Shown: one piece after another, positions 13,581 through 29,104 of the stretch
Layout of the letters: each line of letters opens with the position of its first letter
Numbering within the stretch: position 1 is the first letter of the stretch
Assembly (NCBI RefSeq): GCF_009914755.1
Contig: NC_060943.1
Length of the DNA: 64,000 nucleotides
Strand: one strand, 5' to 3'
Source: the human T2T-CHM13v2.0 reference genome, Homo sapiens
Notes under the pieces: model-generated
What the model was told of the DNA's origin: nothing
Database searches by the model: none
Seen by the model: only the letters and a program-made list of their open reading frames with translations
Position numbers and translations under genes: made by a program

Positions 13581-16449
13581 TGTTGTGTGTATTCAACTCA
13601 CAGAGTTGAACGATCCTTTACACAGAGCAGACTTGAAACACTCTTTTTGTGGAATTTGCAAGTGGAGATTTCAGCCGCTTTGAGGTCAATGGTAGAATAG
13701 GAAATATCTTCCTATAGAAACTAGACAGAATGATTCTCAGAAACTCCTTTGTGATGTGTGCGTTCAACTCACAGAGTTTAACCTTTCTTTTCATAGAGCA
13801 GTTAGGAAACACTCTGTTTGTACAGTCTGCAAGTGGATATTCAGACATCCTTGAGGCTTTCGTTGGAAACGGGATTTCTTCATATTCTGCTAGAAAGAAG
13901 AATTCTCAGTAACTTCCTTGTGTTGTGTGTATTCAACTCACAGAGTTGAACGATCCTTTACACAGAGCAGACTTGAAACACTCTTTTTGTGGAATTTGCA
14001 AGTGGAGATTTCAGCCGCTGTGAGGTCAATGGTAGAATAGGAAATATCTTCCTATAGAAACTAGACAGAATGATTCTCAGAAACTCCTTTGTGATGTGTG
14101 CGTTCAACTCACAGAGTTTAACCTTTCTTTTCATAGAGCAGTTGGGAAACACTCTGTTTGTAAAGTCTGCAAGTGGATATTCAGACATCCTTGAGGCTTT
14201 CGTTGGAAACGGGATTTCTTCATATTCTGCTAGAAAGAAGAATTCTCAGTAACTTCCTTGTGTTGTGTGTATTCAACTCACAGAGTTGAACGATCCTTTA
14301 CACAGAGCAGACTTGAAACACTCTTTTTGTGGAATTTGCAAGTGGAGATTTCAGCCGCTTTGAGGTCAATTGTAGAATAGGAAATATCTTCCTATAGAAA
14401 CTAGACAGAATGATTCTCAGAAACTCTTTTGTGATGTGTGCGTTCAACTCACACAGTTTAACCTTTCTTTTCATAGAGCAGTTAGGAAACACTCTGTTTG
14501 TAAAGTCTGCAAGTGGATATTCAGACCTCCTTGAGGCCTTCGTTGGAAACGGGATTTCTTCATATTATGCTAGACAGAAGAATTCTCAGTAACTTCCTTG
14601 TGTTGTGTGTATACAACTCACAGAGTTGAACGATCCTTTACACAGAGCAGACTTGAGACACTCTTTTTGTGGAATTTGCAAGTGGAGATTTCAGCCGCTT
14701 TGAGTTCAATGGTAGAATAGGAAATATCTTCCTATAGAAACTAGACAGAATGATTCTCAGAAATTCCTTTGTGATGTGTGCGTTCAACTCACAGAGTTCA
14801 ACCTTTCTTTTCATAGAGCAGTTGGGAAACACTCTGTTTGTAAAGTCTGCAAGTGGATATTCAGACTTCTTTGAGGCCTTCGTTGGAAGCGGGATTTCTT
14901 CAAATTCTGCTAGACAGAAGAATTCTCAGAAACTTCCTTGTGTTGTGTGTTTTCAACTCACAGAGTTGAACGATCCTTTACACAGAGCAGACTTGAAACA
15001 CTCCTTTTGTGGAATTTGCAAGTGGAGATTTCAGCCGCTTTGAGGTCAATGGTAGAATAGGAAATATCTTCCTATAGAAAGTAGACAGAATGATTCTCAG
15101 AAACTCCTTTGTGATGTGTGCGTTCAACTCACAGAGTTTAACCTTTCTTTTCATAGAGCAGTTAGGAAACACTCTGTTTGTAAAGTCTGCAAGTGGATAT
15201 TCAGACCTCCTTGAGGCCTTCGTTGGAAACGGGATTTCTTCATATTATGCTAGACAGAAGAATTCTCAGTAACTTCCTTGTGTTGTGTGTATTCAACTCA
15301 CAGAGTTGAACGATCCTTTACACAGAGCAGACTTGAAACACTCTTTTTGTGGAATTTGCAAGTGGAGATTTCAGCCGCTTTGAGTTCAATGGTAGAATAG
15401 GAAATATCTTCCTATAGAAACTAGACAGAATGATTCTCAGAAACTCCTTTGTGATGTGTGCGTTCAACTCACAGAGTTCAACCTTTCTTTTCATAGAGCA
15501 GTTGGGAAACACTCTGTTTGTAAAGTCTGCAAGTGGATATTCAGACTTCTTTGAGGCCTTCGTTGGAAGCGGGATTTCTTCATATTCTGCTAGACAGAAG
15601 AATTCTCAGTAACTTCCTTGTGTTGTGTGTATTCAACTCACAGAGTTGAACGATCCTTTACACAGAGCAGACTTGAAACACTCTTTTTGTGGAATTTGCA
15701 AGTGGAGATTTCAGCCGCTTTGAGGTCAATGGTAGAATAGGAAATATCTTCCTATAGAAACTAGACAGAATGATTCTCAGAAACTCCTTTGTGATGTGTG
15801 CGTTCAACTCACAGAGTTTAACCTTTCTTTTCATAGAGCAGTTAGGAAACACTCTGTTTGTAAAGGTTGCAAGTGGATATTCAGACATCCTTGAGGCTTT
15901 CGTTGGAAACGGGATTTCTTCATATTCTGCTAGAAAGAAGAATTCTCAGTAACTTCCTTGTGTTGTGTGTATTCAACTCACAGAGTTGAACGATCCTTTA
16001 CACAGAGCAGACTTGAAACACTCCTTTTGTGGAATTTGCAAGTGGAGATTTCAGCCGCTTTGAGGTCAAAGGTAGAATAGGAAATATCTTCCTATAGAAA
16101 CTAGACAGAATGATTCTCAGAAACTCCTTTGTGATGTGTGCGTTCAACTCACAGAGTTTAACCTTTCTTTTCATAGAGCAGTTGGGAAACACTCTGTTTG
16201 TAAAGTCTGCAAGTGGATATTCAGTCTTCTTTGAGGCTTTCGTTGGAAACGGGATTTCTTCATATTCTGCTAGAAAGAAGAATTCTCAGTAACTTCCTTG
16301 TATTGCGTGTATTCAACTCACAGAGTTGCACGATCCTTTACACAGAGCAGACTTGAAACACTCTTTTTGTGGAATTTGCAAGTGGAGATTTCAGCCGCTT
16401 TGAGGTCAATGGTAGAATAGGAAATATCTTCCTATAGAAACTAGACAGA

Positions 16450-19400
16450 ATGATTCTCAGAAACTCCTTTGTGATGTGTGCGTTCAACTCACAGAGTTTA
16501 AACTTTCTTTTCATAGAGCAGTTGGGAAACACTCTGTTTGTAAAGTCTGCAAGTGGATATTCAGACATCCTTGAGGCTTTCGTTGGAAACGGGATTTCTT
16601 CATATTCTGCTAGAAAGAAGAATTCTCAGTAACTTCCTTGTGTTGTGTGTATTCAACTCACAGAGTTGAACGATCCTTTACACAGAGCAGACTTGAAACA
16701 CTCTTTTTGTGGAATTTGCAAGTGGAGATTTCAGCCGCTTTGAGTTCAATGGTAGAATAGGAAATATCTTCCTATAGAAACTAGACAGAATGATTCTCAG
16801 AAACTCCTTTGTGATGTGTGCGTTCAACTCACAGAGTTCAACCTTTCTTTTCATAGAGCAGTTGGGAAACACTCTGTTTGTAAAGTCTGCAAGTGGATAT
16901 TCAGACTTCTTTGAGGCCTTCGTTGGAAGCGGGATTTCTTCATATTCTGCTAGACAGAAGAATTCTCAGAAACTTCCTTGTGTTGTGTGTTTTCAACTCA
17001 CAGAGTTGAACGATCCTTTACACAGAGCAGACTTGAAACACTCCTTTTGTGGAATTTGCAAGTGGAGATTTCAGCCGCTTTGAGGTCAATGGTAGAATAG
17101 GAAATATCTTCCTATAGAAAGTAGACAGAATGATTCTCAGAAACTCCTTTGTGATGTGTGCGTTCAACTCACAGAGTTTAACCTCTCTTTTCATAGAGCA
17201 GTTAGGAAACACTCTGTTTGTAAAGTCTGCAAGTGGATATTCAGACCTCCTTGAGGCCTTCGTTGGAAACGGGATTTCTTCATATTATGCTAGACAGAAG
17301 AATTCTCAGTAACTTCCTTGTGTTGTGTGTATTCAACTCACAGAGTTGAACGATCCTTTACACAGAGCAGACTTGAAACACTCTTTTTGTGGAATTTGCA
17401 AGTGGAGATTTCAGCCGCTTTGAGTTCAATGGTAGAATAGGAAATATCTTCCTATAGAAACTAGACAGAATGATTCTCAGAAACTCCTTTGTGATGTGTG
17501 CGTTCAACTCACAGAGTTCAACCTTTCTTTTCATAGAGCAGTTGGGAAACACTCTGTTTGTAAAGTCTGCAAGTGGATATTCAGACTTCTTTGAGGCCTT
17601 CGTTGGAAGCGGGATTTCTTCATATTCTGCTAGACAGAAGAATTCTCAGTAACTTCCTTGTGTTGTGTGTATTCAACTCACAGAGTTGAACGATCCTTTA
17701 CACAGAGCAGACTTGAAACACTCTTTTTGTGGAATTTGCAAGTGGAGATTTCAGCCGCTTTGAGGTCAATGGTAGAATAGGAAATATCTTCCTATAGAAA
17801 CTAGACAGAATGATTCTCAGAAACTCCTTTGTGATGTGTGCGTTCAACTCACAGAGTTTAACCTTTCTTTTCATAGAGCAGTTGGGAAACACTCTGTTTG
17901 TAAAGTCTGCAAGTGGATATTCAGACATTCTTGAGGCTTTCGTTGGAAACGGGATTTCTTCATATTCTGCTAGAAAGAAGAATTCTCAGTAACTTCCTTG
18001 TGTTGTGTGTATTCAACTCACAGAGTTGCACGATCCTTTACACAGAGCAGACTTGAAACACTCTTTTTGTGGAATTTGCAAGTGGAGATTTCAGCCGCTT
18101 TGAGGTCAATGGTAGAATAGGAAATATCTTCCTATAGAAACTAGACAGAATGATTCTCAGAAACTTCTTTGTGATGTGTGCGTTCAACTCACAGAGTTTA
18201 ACCTTTCTTTTCATAGAGCAGTTAGGAAACACTCTGTTTGTAAAGTCTGCAAGTGGATATTCAGACCTCCTTGAGGCCTTCGTTGGAAGCGGGATTTCTT
18301 CATGTTCTGCTAGACAGAAGAATTCTCAGAAACTTCCTTGTATTGTGTGTTTTCAACTCACAGAGTTGAGCGATCCTTTACACAGAGCAGACTTGAAACA
18401 CTCCTTTTGTGGAATTTGCAAGTGGAGATTTCAGCCGCTTTGAGGTCAATGGTAGAATAGGAAATATCTTCCTATAGAAAGTAGACAGAATGATTCTCAG
18501 AAACTCCTTTGTGATGGGTGCGTTCAACTCACAGAGTTTAACCTTTCTTTTCATAGAGCAGTTAGGAAACACTCTGTAAAGTCTGCAAGTGGATATTCAG
18601 ACATCCTTGAGGCTTTCGTTGGAAACGGGATTTCTTCATATTCTGCTAGAAAGAAGAATTCTCCGTAACTTCCTTGTGTTGTGTGTATTCAACTCACAGA
18701 GTTGAACGATCCTTTACACAGAGCAGACTTGAAACACTCTTTTTGTGGAATTTGCAAGTGGAGATTTCAGCCGCTTTGAGGTCAATGGTAGAATAGGAAA
18801 TATCTTCCTATAGAAACTAGACAGAATGATTCTCAGAAACTCCTTTGTGATGTGTGCGTTCAACTCACAGAGTTTAACCTTTCTTTTCATAGAGCAGTTG
18901 GGAAACACTCTGTTTGTAAAGTCTGCAAGTAGATATTCAGACATCCTTGAGGCTTTCGTTGGAAACGGGATTTCTTCATATTCTGCTAGAAAGAAGAATT
19001 CTCAGTAACTTCCTTGTGTTGTGTGTATTCAACTCACAGAGTTGAACGATCCTTTACACAGAGCAGACTTGAAACACTCTTTTTGTGGAATTTGCAAGTG
19101 GAGATTTCAGCCGCTTTGAGGTCAATGGTAGAATAGGAAATATCTTCCTATAGAAACTAGACAGAATGATTCTCAGAAACTCCTTTGTGATGTGTGCGTT
19201 CAACTCACAGAGTTTAACCTTTCTTTTCATAGAGCAGTTGGGAAACACTCTGTTTGTAAAGTCTGCAAGTGGATATTCAGACATCCTTGAGGCTTTCGTT
19301 GGAAAAGGGATTTCTTCATATTCTGCTAGAAAGAAGAATTCTCAGTAACTTCCTTGTGTTGTGTGTATTCAACTCACAGAGTTGAACGATCCTTTACACA

Positions 19401-22400
19401 GAGCAGACTTGAAACACTCTTTTTGTGGAATTTGCAAGTGGAGATTTCAGCCGCTTTGAGGTCAATGGTAGAATAGGAAATATCTTCCTATAGAAACTAG
19501 ACAGAATGATTCTCAGAAACTTCTTTGTGATGTGTGCGTTCAACTCACAGAGTTTAACCTTTCTTTTCATAGAGCAGTTAGGAAACACTCTGTTTGTAAA
19601 GTCTGCAAGTGGATATTCAGACCTCCTTGAGGCCTTCGTTGGAAGCGGGATTTCTTCATGTTCTGCTAGACAGAAGAATTCTCAGAAACTTCCTTGTGTT
19701 GTGTGTTTTCAACTCACAGAGTTGAACGATCCTTTACACAGAGCAGACTTGAAACACTCCTTTTGTGGAATTTGCAAGTGGAGATTTCAGCCGCTTTGAG
19801 GTCAATGGTAGAATAGGAAATATCTTCCTATAGAAAGTAGACAGAATGATTCTCAGAAACTCCTTTGTGATGTGTGCGTTCAACTCACAGAGTTTAACCT
19901 TTCTTTTCATAGAGCAGTTAGGAAACACTCTGTTTGTAAAGTCTGCAAGTGGATATTCAGACCTCCTTGAGGCCTTCGTTGGAAGCGGGATTTCTTCATG
20001 TTCTGCTAGACAGAAGAATTCTCAGAAACTTCCTTGTGTTGTGTGTTTTCAACTCACAGAGTTGAACGATCCTTTACACAGAGCAGACTTGAAACACTCC
20101 TTTTGTGGAATTTGCAAGTGGAGATTTCAGCCGCTTTGAGGTCAATGGTAGATTAGGAAATATCTTCCTATAGAAACTAGACAGAATGATTCTGAGAAAT
20201 CCTTTGTGATGTGTGCGTTCAACTCACAGAGTTTAACCTTTCTTTTCATAGAGCAGTTAGGAAACACTCTGTTTGTAAAGTCTGCAAGTGGATATTCAGA
20301 CCTCCTTGAGGCCTTCGTTGGAAACGGGATTTCTTCATATTATGCTAGACAGAGGAATTCTCAGGAACTTCCTTGTGTTGTGTGTATTCAACTCACAGAG
20401 TTGAACGATCCTTTACACAGAGCAGACTTGAAACACTCTTTTTGTGGAATTTGCAAGTGGAGATTTCAGCCGCTTTGAGTTCAATGGTAGAATAGGAAAT
20501 ATCTTCCTATAGAAACTACACAGAATGATTCTCAGAAACTGCTTTGTGATGTGTGCGTTCAACTCACAGAGTTCAACCTTTCTTTTCATAGAGCAGTTGG
20601 GAAACACTCTGTTTGTAAAGTCTGCAAGTGGATATTCAGACTTCTTTGAGGCCTTCGTTGGAAGCGGGATTTCTTCATATTCTGCTAGACAGAAGAATTC
20701 TCAGTAACTTCCTTGTGTTGTGTGTATTCAACTCACAGAGTTGAACGATCCTTTACACAGAGCAGACTTGAAACACTCTTTTTGTGGAATTTGCAAGTGG
20801 AGATTTCAGCCGCTTTGAGGTCAATGGTAGAATAGGAAATATCTTCCTATAGAAACTAGACAGAATGATTCTCAGAAACTCCTTTGTGATGTGTGCGTTC
20901 AACTCACAGAGTTCAACCTTTCTTTTCATAGAGCAGTTGGGAAACACTCTGTTTGTAAAGTCTGCAAGTGGATATTCAGACTTCTTTGAGTCCTTCGTTG
21001 GAAGCGGGATTTCTTCATGTTCTGCTAGACAGAAGAATTCTCAGAATCTTCCTTGTGTTGTGTGTTTTCAACTCACAGAGTTGAACGATCCTTTACACAG
21101 AGCAGACTTGAAACACTCCTTTTGTGGAATTTGCAAGTGGAGATTTCAGCCGCTTTGAGGTCAATGGTAGAATAGGAAATATCTTCGTATAGAAAGTAGA
21201 CAGAATGATTCTCAGAAACTCCTTTGTGATGTGTGCGTTCAACTCACAGAGTTTAACCTTTCTTTTCATAGAGCAGTTAGGAAACACTCTGTTTGTAAAG
21301 TCTGCAAGTGGATATTCAGACCTCCTTGAGGCCTTCGTTGGAAACGGGATTTCTTCATATTATGCTAGACAGAAGAATTCTCAGTAACTTCCTTGTGTTG
21401 TGTGTATTCAACTCACAGAGTTGAACGATCCTTTACACAGAGCAGACTTGAAACACTCTTTTTGTGGAATTTGCAAGTGGAGATTTCAGCCGCTTTGAGG
21501 TCAATGGTAGAATAGGAAATATCTTCCTATAGAAACTAGACAGAATGATTCTCAGAAACTCCTTTGTGATGTGTGCGTTCAACTCACAGAGTTTAACCTT
21601 TCTTTTCATAGAGCAGTTGGGAAACACTCTGTTTGTAAAGTCTGCAAGTGGATATTCAGACTTCTTTGAGGCTTTCGTTGGAAACGGGATTTCTTCATAT
21701 TCTGCTAGAAAGAAGAATTCTCAGTAACTTCCTTGTGTTGTGTGTATTCAACTCACAGAGTTGCACGATCCTTTACACAGAGCAGACTTGAAACACTCTT
21801 TTTGTGGAATTTGCAAGTGGAGATTTCAGCCGCTTTGAGGTCAATGGTAGAATAGGAAATATCTTCCTATAGAAACTAGACAGAATGATTCTCAGAAACT
21901 CCTTTGTGATGTGTGCGTTCAACTCACAGAGTTCAACCTTTCTTTTCATTGAGCAGTTGGGAAACACTCTGTTTGTAAAGTCTGCAAGTGGATATTCAGA
22001 CTTCTTTGAGGCCTTCGTTGGAAGCGGGATTTCTTCATATTCTGCTAGACAGAAGAATTCTCAGTAACTGCCTTGTGTTGTGTGTATTCAACTCACAGAG
22101 TTGAACGATCCTTTACACAGAGCAGACTTGAAACACTCTTTTTGTGGAATTTGCAAGTGGAGATTTCAGCCGCTTTGAGGTCAATGGTAGAATAGGAAAT
22201 ATCTTCCTATAGAAACTAGACAGAATGATTCTCAGAAACTCCTTTGTGATGTGTGCGTTCAACTCACAGAGTTTACCCTTTCTTTTCATAGAGCAGTTAG
22301 GAAACACTCTGTTTGTAAAGTCTGCAAGTGGATATTCAGACATCCTTGAGGCTTTCGTTGGAAACGGGATTTCTTCATATTCTGCCAGAAAGAAGAATTC

Positions 22401-25400
22401 TCAGTAACTTCCTTGTGTTGTGTGTATTCAACTCACAGAGTTGAACGATCCTTTACACAGAGCAGACTTGAAACACTCTTTTTGTGGAATTTGCAAGTGG
22501 AGATTTCAGCCGCTGTGAGGTCAATGGTAGAATAGGAAATATCTTCCTATAGAAACTAGACAGAATGATTCTCAGAAACTCCTTTGTGATGTGTGCGTTC
22601 AACTCACAGAGTTTAAACTTTCTTTTCATAGAGCAGTTGGGAAACACTCTGTTTGTAAAGTCTGCAAGTGGATATTCAGACATCCTTGAGGCTTTCGTTG
22701 GAAACGGGATTTCTTCATATTCTGCTAGAAAGAAGAATTCTCAGTAACTTCCTTGTGTTGTGTGTATTCAACTCACAGAGTTGAACGATCCTTTACACAG
22801 AGCAGACTTGAAACACTCTTTTTGTGGAATTTGCAAGTGGAGATTTCAGCCGCTTTGAGTTCAATGGTAGAATAGGAAATATCTTCCTATAGAAACTAGA
22901 CAGAATGATTCTCAGAAACTCCTTTGTGATGTGTGCGTTCAACTCACAGAGTTCAACCTTTCTTTTCATAGAGCAGTTGGGAAACACTCTGTTTGTAATG
23001 TCTGCAAGTGGATATTCAGACTTCTTTGAGGCCTTCGTTGGAAGCGGGATTTCTTCATATTCTGCTAGACAGAAGAATTCTCAGAAACTTCCTTGTGTTG
23101 TGTGTTTTCAACTCACAGAGTTGAACGATCCTTTACACAGAGCAGACTTGAAACACTCCTTTTGTGGAATTTGCAAGTGGAGATTTCAGCCGCTTTGAGG
23201 TCAATGGTAGAATAGGAAATATCTTCCTATAGAAAGTAGACAGAATGATTCTCAGAAACTCCTTTGTGATGTGTGCGTTCAACTCACAGAGTTTAACCTT
23301 TCTTTTCATAGAGCAGTTAGGAAACATTCTGTTTGTAAAGTCTGCAAGTGGATATTCAGACCTCCTTGAGGCCTTCGTTGGAAACGGGATTTCTTCATAT
23401 TATGCTAGACAGAAGAATTCTCAGTAACTTCCTTGTGTTGTGTGTATTCAACTCACAGAGTTGAACGATCCTTTACACAGAGCAGACTTGAAACACTCTT
23501 TTTGTGGAATTTGCAAGTGGAGATTTCAGCCGCTTTGAGTTCAATGGTAGAATAGGAAATATCTTCCTATAGAAACTAGACAGAATGATTCTCAGAAACT
23601 CCTTTGTGATGTGTGCGTTCAACTCACAGAGTTCAACCTTTCTTTTCATAGAGCAGTTGGGAAACACTCTGTTTGTAAAGTCTGCAAGTGGATATTCAGA
23701 CTTCTTTGAGGCCTTCGTTGGAAGCGGGATTTCTTCATATTCTGCTAGACAGAAGAATTCTCAGTAACTTCCTTGTGTTGTGTGTATTCAACTCACAGAG
23801 TTGAACGATCCTTTACACAGAGCAGACTTGAAACACTCTTTTTGTGGAATTTGCAAGTGGAGATTTCAGCCGCTTTGAGGTCAATGGTAGAATAGGAAAT
23901 ATCTTCCTATAGAAACTAGACAGAATGATTCTCAGAAACTCCTTTGTGATGTGTGCGTTCAACTCACAGAGTTTAACCTTTCTTTTCATAGAGCAGTTGG
24001 GAAACACTCTGTTTGTAAAGTCTGCAAGTGGATATTCAGACATCCTTGAGGCTTTCGTTGGAAACGGGATTTCTTCATATTCTGCTAGAAAGAAGAATTC
24101 TCAGTAACTTCCTTGTGTTGTGTGTATTCAACTCACAGAGTTGCACGATCCTTTACACAGAGCAGACTTGAAACACTCTTTTTGTGGAATTTGCAAGTGG
24201 AGATTTCAGCCGCTTTGAGGTCAATGGTAGAATAGGAAATATCTTCCTATAGAAACTAGACAGAATGATTCTCAGAAACTTCTTTGTGATGTGTGCGTTC
24301 AACTCACAGAGTTTAACCTTTCTTTTCATAGAGCAGTTAGGAAACACTCTGTTTGTAAAGTCTGCAAGTGGATATTCAGACCTCCTTGAGGCCTTCGTTG
24401 GAAGCGGGATTTCTTCATGTTCTGCTAGACAGAAGAATTCTCAGAAACTTCCTTGTATTGTGTGTTTTCAACTCACAGAGTTGAGCGATCCTTTACACAG
24501 AGCAGACTTGAAACACTCCTTTTGTGGAATTTGCAAGTGGAGATTTCAGCCGCTTTGAGGTCAATGGTAGAATAGGAAATATCTTCCTATAGAAAGTAGA
24601 CAGAATGATTCTCAGAAACTCCTTTGTGATGGGTGCGTTCAACTCACAGAGTTTAACCTTTCTTTTCATAGAGCAGTTAGGAAACACTCTGTAAAGTCTG
24701 CAAGTGGATATTCAGACATCCTTGAGGCTTTCGTTGGAAACGGGATTTCTTCATATTCTGCTAGAAAGAAGAATTCCCAGTAACTTCCTTGTGTTGTGTG
24801 TATTCAACTCACAGAGTTGAACGATCCTTTACACAGAGCAGACTTGAAACACTCTTTTTGTGGAATTTGCAAGTGGAGATTTCAGCCGCTTTGAGGTCAA
24901 TGGTAGAATAGGAAATATCTTCCTATAGAAACTAGACAGAATGATTCTCAGAAACTCCTTTGTGATGTGTGCGTTCAACTCACAGAGTTTAACCTTTCTT
25001 TTCATAGAGCAGTTGGGAAACACTCTGTTTGTAAAGTCTGCAAGTAGATATTCAGACATCCTTGAGGCTTTCGTTGGAAACGGGATTTCTTCATATTCTG
25101 CTAGAAAGAAGAATTCTCAGTAACTTCCTTGTGTTGTGTGTATTCAACTCACAGAGTTGAACGATCCTTTACACAGAGCAGACTTGAAACACTCTTTTTG
25201 TGGAATTTGCAAGTGGAGATTTCAGCCGCTTTGAGGTCAATGGTAGAATAGGAAATATCTTCCTATAGAAACTAGACAGAATGATTCTCAGAAACTCCTT
25301 TGTGATGTGTGCGTTCAACTCACAGAGTTTAACCTTTCTTTTCATAGAGCAGTTGGGAAACACTCTGTTTGTAAAGTCTGCAAGTGGATATTCAGACATC

Positions 25401-27085
25401 CTTGAGGCTTTCGTTGGAAAAGGGATTTCTTCATATTCTGCTAGAAAGAAGAATTCTCAGTAACTTCCTTGTGTTGTGTGTATTCAACTCACAGAGTTGA
25501 ACGATCCTTTACACAGAGCAGACTTGAAACACTCTTTTTGTGGAATTTGCAAGTGGAGATTTCAGCCGCTTTGAGGTCAATGGTAGAATAGGAAATATCT
25601 TCCTATAGAAACTAGACAGAATGATTCTCAGAAACTTCTTTGTGATGTGTGCGTTCAACTCACAGAGTTTAACCTTTCTTTTCATAGAGCAGTTAGGAAA
25701 CACTCTGTTTGTAAAGTCTGCAAGTGGATATTCAGACCTCCTTGAGGCCTTCGTTGGAAGCGGGATTTCTTCATGTTCTGCTAGACAGAAGAATTCTCAG
25801 AAACTTCCTTGTGTTGTGTGTTTTCAACTCACAGAGTTGAACGATCCTTTACACAGAGCAGACTTGAAACACTCCTTTTGTGGAATTTGCAAGTGGAGAT
25901 TTCAGCCGCTTTGAGGTCAATGGTAGAATAGGAAATATCTTCCTATAGAAAGTAGACAGAATGATTCTCAGAAACTCCTTTGTGATGTGTGCGTTCAACT
26001 CACAGAGTTTAACCTTTCTTTTCATAGAGCAGTTAGGAAACACTCTGTTTGTAAAGTCTGCAAGTGGATATTCAGACCTCCTTGAGGCCTTCGTTGGAAG
26101 CGGGATTTCTTCATGTTCTGCTAGACAGAAGAATTCTCAGAAACTTCCTTGTGTTGTGTGTTTTCAACTCACAGAGTTGAACGATCCTTTACACAGAGCA
26201 GACTTGAAACACTCCTTTTGTGGAATTTGCAAGTGGAGATTTCAGCCGCTTTGAGGTCAATGGTAGATTAGGAAATATCTTCCTATAGAAACTAGACAGA
26301 ATGATTCTGAGAAATCCTTTGTGATGTGTGCGTTCAACTCACAGAGTTTAACCTTTCTTTTCATAGAGCAGTTAGGAAACACTCTGTTTGTAAAGTCTGC
26401 AAGTGGATATTCAGACCTCCTTGAGGCCTTCGTTGGAAACGGGATTTCTTCATATTATGCTAGACAGAGGAATTCTCAGGAACTTCCTTGTGTTGTGTGT
26501 ATTCAACTCACAGAGTTGAACGATCCTTTACACAGAGCAGACTTGAAACACTCTTTTTGTGGAATTTGCAAGTGGAGATTTCAGCCGCTTTGAGTTCAAT
26601 GGTAGAATAGGAAATATCTTCCTATAGAAACTACACAGAATGATTCTCAGAAACTGCTTTGTGATGTGTGCGTTCAACTCACAGAGTTCAACCTTTCTTT
26701 TCATAGAGCAGTTGGGAAACACTCTGTTTGTAAAGTCTGCAAGTGGATATTCAGACTTCTTTGAGGCCTTCGTTGGAAGCGGGATTTCTTCATATTCTGC
26801 TAGACAGAAGAATTCTCAGTAACTTCCTTGTGTTGTGTGTATTCAACTCACAGAGTTGAACGATCCTTTACACAGAGCAGACTTGAAACACTCTTTTTGT
26901 GGAATTTGCAAGTGGAGATTTCAGCCGCTTTGAGGTCAATGGTAGAATAGGAAATATCTTCCTATAGAAACTAGACAGAATGATTCTCAGAAACTCCTTT
27001 GTGATGTGTGCGTTCAACTCACAGAGTTCAACCTTTCTTTTCATAGAGCAGTTGGGAAACACTCTGTTTGTAAAGTCTGCAAGTA
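16450..27085 (+). repeat. Duplication at offset 6115 bp (18 dimers minus 5 bp): ~16450-20970 repeated at ~22565-27085
   Basis: TTTAAACTT (16501/22616), TTGAGCGA, GATGGGTG, 4-bp deletion (18576/24691), mutated box (19306/25421), GATTAGG and CTGAGAAATC (20194/26309). Confidence 0.88.
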
Positions 27086-29104
27086 GATATTCAGACATCC
27101 TTGAGGCTTTCGTTGGAAACGGGATTTCTTCATATTCTGCTAGAAAGAAGAATTCTCAGTAACTTAATTGTGTTGTGTGTATTCAACTCACAGAGTTGAA
27201 CGATCCTTTACACAGAGCAGACTTGAAACACTCTTTTTGTGGAATTTGCAAGTGGAGATTTCAGCCGCTTTGAGGTCAATGGTAGAATAGGAAATATCTT
27301 CCTATAGAAACTAGACAGAATGATTCTCAGAAACTCCTTTGTGATGTGTGCGTTCAACTCACAGAGTTTAACCTTTCTTTTCATAGAGCAGTTGGGAAAC
27401 ACTCTGTTTGTAAAGTCTGCAAGTGGATATTCAGACATCCTTGAGGCTTTCGTTCGAAAAGGGATTTCTTCATATTCTGCTAGAAAGAAGAATTCTCAGT
27501 AACTTCCTTGTGTTGTGTGTATTCAACTCACAGAGTTGAACGATCCTTTACACAGAGCAGACTTGAAACACTCTTTTTGTGGAATTTGCAAGTGGAGATT
27601 TCAGCCGCTTTGAGGTCAGTGGTAGAATAGGAAATATCTTCCTATAGAAACTAGACAGAATGATTCTCAGAAACTCCTTTGTGATGTGTGCGTTCAACTC
27701 ACAGAGTTCAACCTTTTTTTCATAGAGCAGTTGGGAAACACTCTGTTTGTAAAGTCTGCAAGTGGATATTCAGACTTCTTTGAGGCCTTCGTTGGAAGCG
27801 GGATTTCTTCATATTCTGCTAGACAGAAGAATTCTCAGTAACTTCCTTGTGTTGTGTGTATTCAACTCACAGAGTTGAACGATCCTTTACACAGAGCAGA
27901 CTTGAAACACTCTTTTTGTGGAATTTGCAAGTGGAGATTTCAGCCGCTTTGAGTTCAATGGTAGAATAGGAAATATCTTCCTATAGAAACTAGACAGAAT
28001 GATTCTCAGAAACTCCTTTGTGATGTGTGCGTTCAACTCACAGAGTTCAACCTTTCTTTTCATAGAGCAGTTGGGAAACACTCTGTTTGTAAAGTCTGCA
28101 AGTGGATATTCAGACTTCTTTGAGGCCTTCGTTGGAAGCGGGATTTCTTCATATTCTGCTAGACAGAAGAATTCTCAGTAACTTCCTTGTGTTGTGTGTA
28201 TTCAACTCACAGAGTTGAACGATCCTTTACACAGAGCAGACTTGAAACACTCTTTTTGTGGAATTTGCAAGTGGAGATTTCAGCCGCTTTGAGGTCAATG
28301 GTAGAATAGGAAATATCTTCCTATAGAAACTAGACAGAATGATTCTCAGAAACTCCTTTGTGATGTGTGCGTTCAACTCACAGAGTTTAACCTTTCTTTT
28401 CATAGAGCAGTTGGGAAACACTCTGTTTGTAAAGTCTGCAAGTGGATATTCAGACATCCTTGAGGCTTTCGTTGGAAACGGGATTTCTTCATATTCTGCT
28501 AGAAAGAAGAATTCTCAGTAACTTCCTTGTGTTGTGTGTATTCAACTCACAGAGTTGCACGATCCTTTACACAGAGCAGACTTGAAACACTCTTTTTGTG
28601 TAATTTGCAAGTGGAGATTTCAGCCGCTTTGAGGTCAATGGTAGAATAGGAAATATCTTCCTATAGAAACTAGACAGAATGATTCTCAGAAACTTCTTTG
28701 TGATGTGTGCGTTCAACTCACAGAGTTTAACCTTTCTTTTCATAGAGCAGTTAGGAAACACTCTGTTTGTAAAGTCTGCAAGTGGATATTCAGACCTCCT
28801 TGAGGCCTTCGTTGGAAGCGGGATTTCTTCATGTTCTGCTAGACAGAAGAATTCTCAGAAACTTCCTTGTATTGTGTGTTTTCAACTCACAGAGTTGAGC
28901 GATCCTTTACACAGAGCAGACTTGAAACACTCCTTTTGTGGAATTTGCAAGTGGAGATTTCAGCCGCTTTGAGGTCAATGGTAGAATAGGAAATATCTTC
29001 CTATAGAAAGTAGACAGAATGATTCTCAGAAACTCCTTTGTGATGGGTGCGTTCAACTCACAGAGTTTAACCTTTCTTTTCATAGAGCAGTTAGGAAACA
29101 CTCT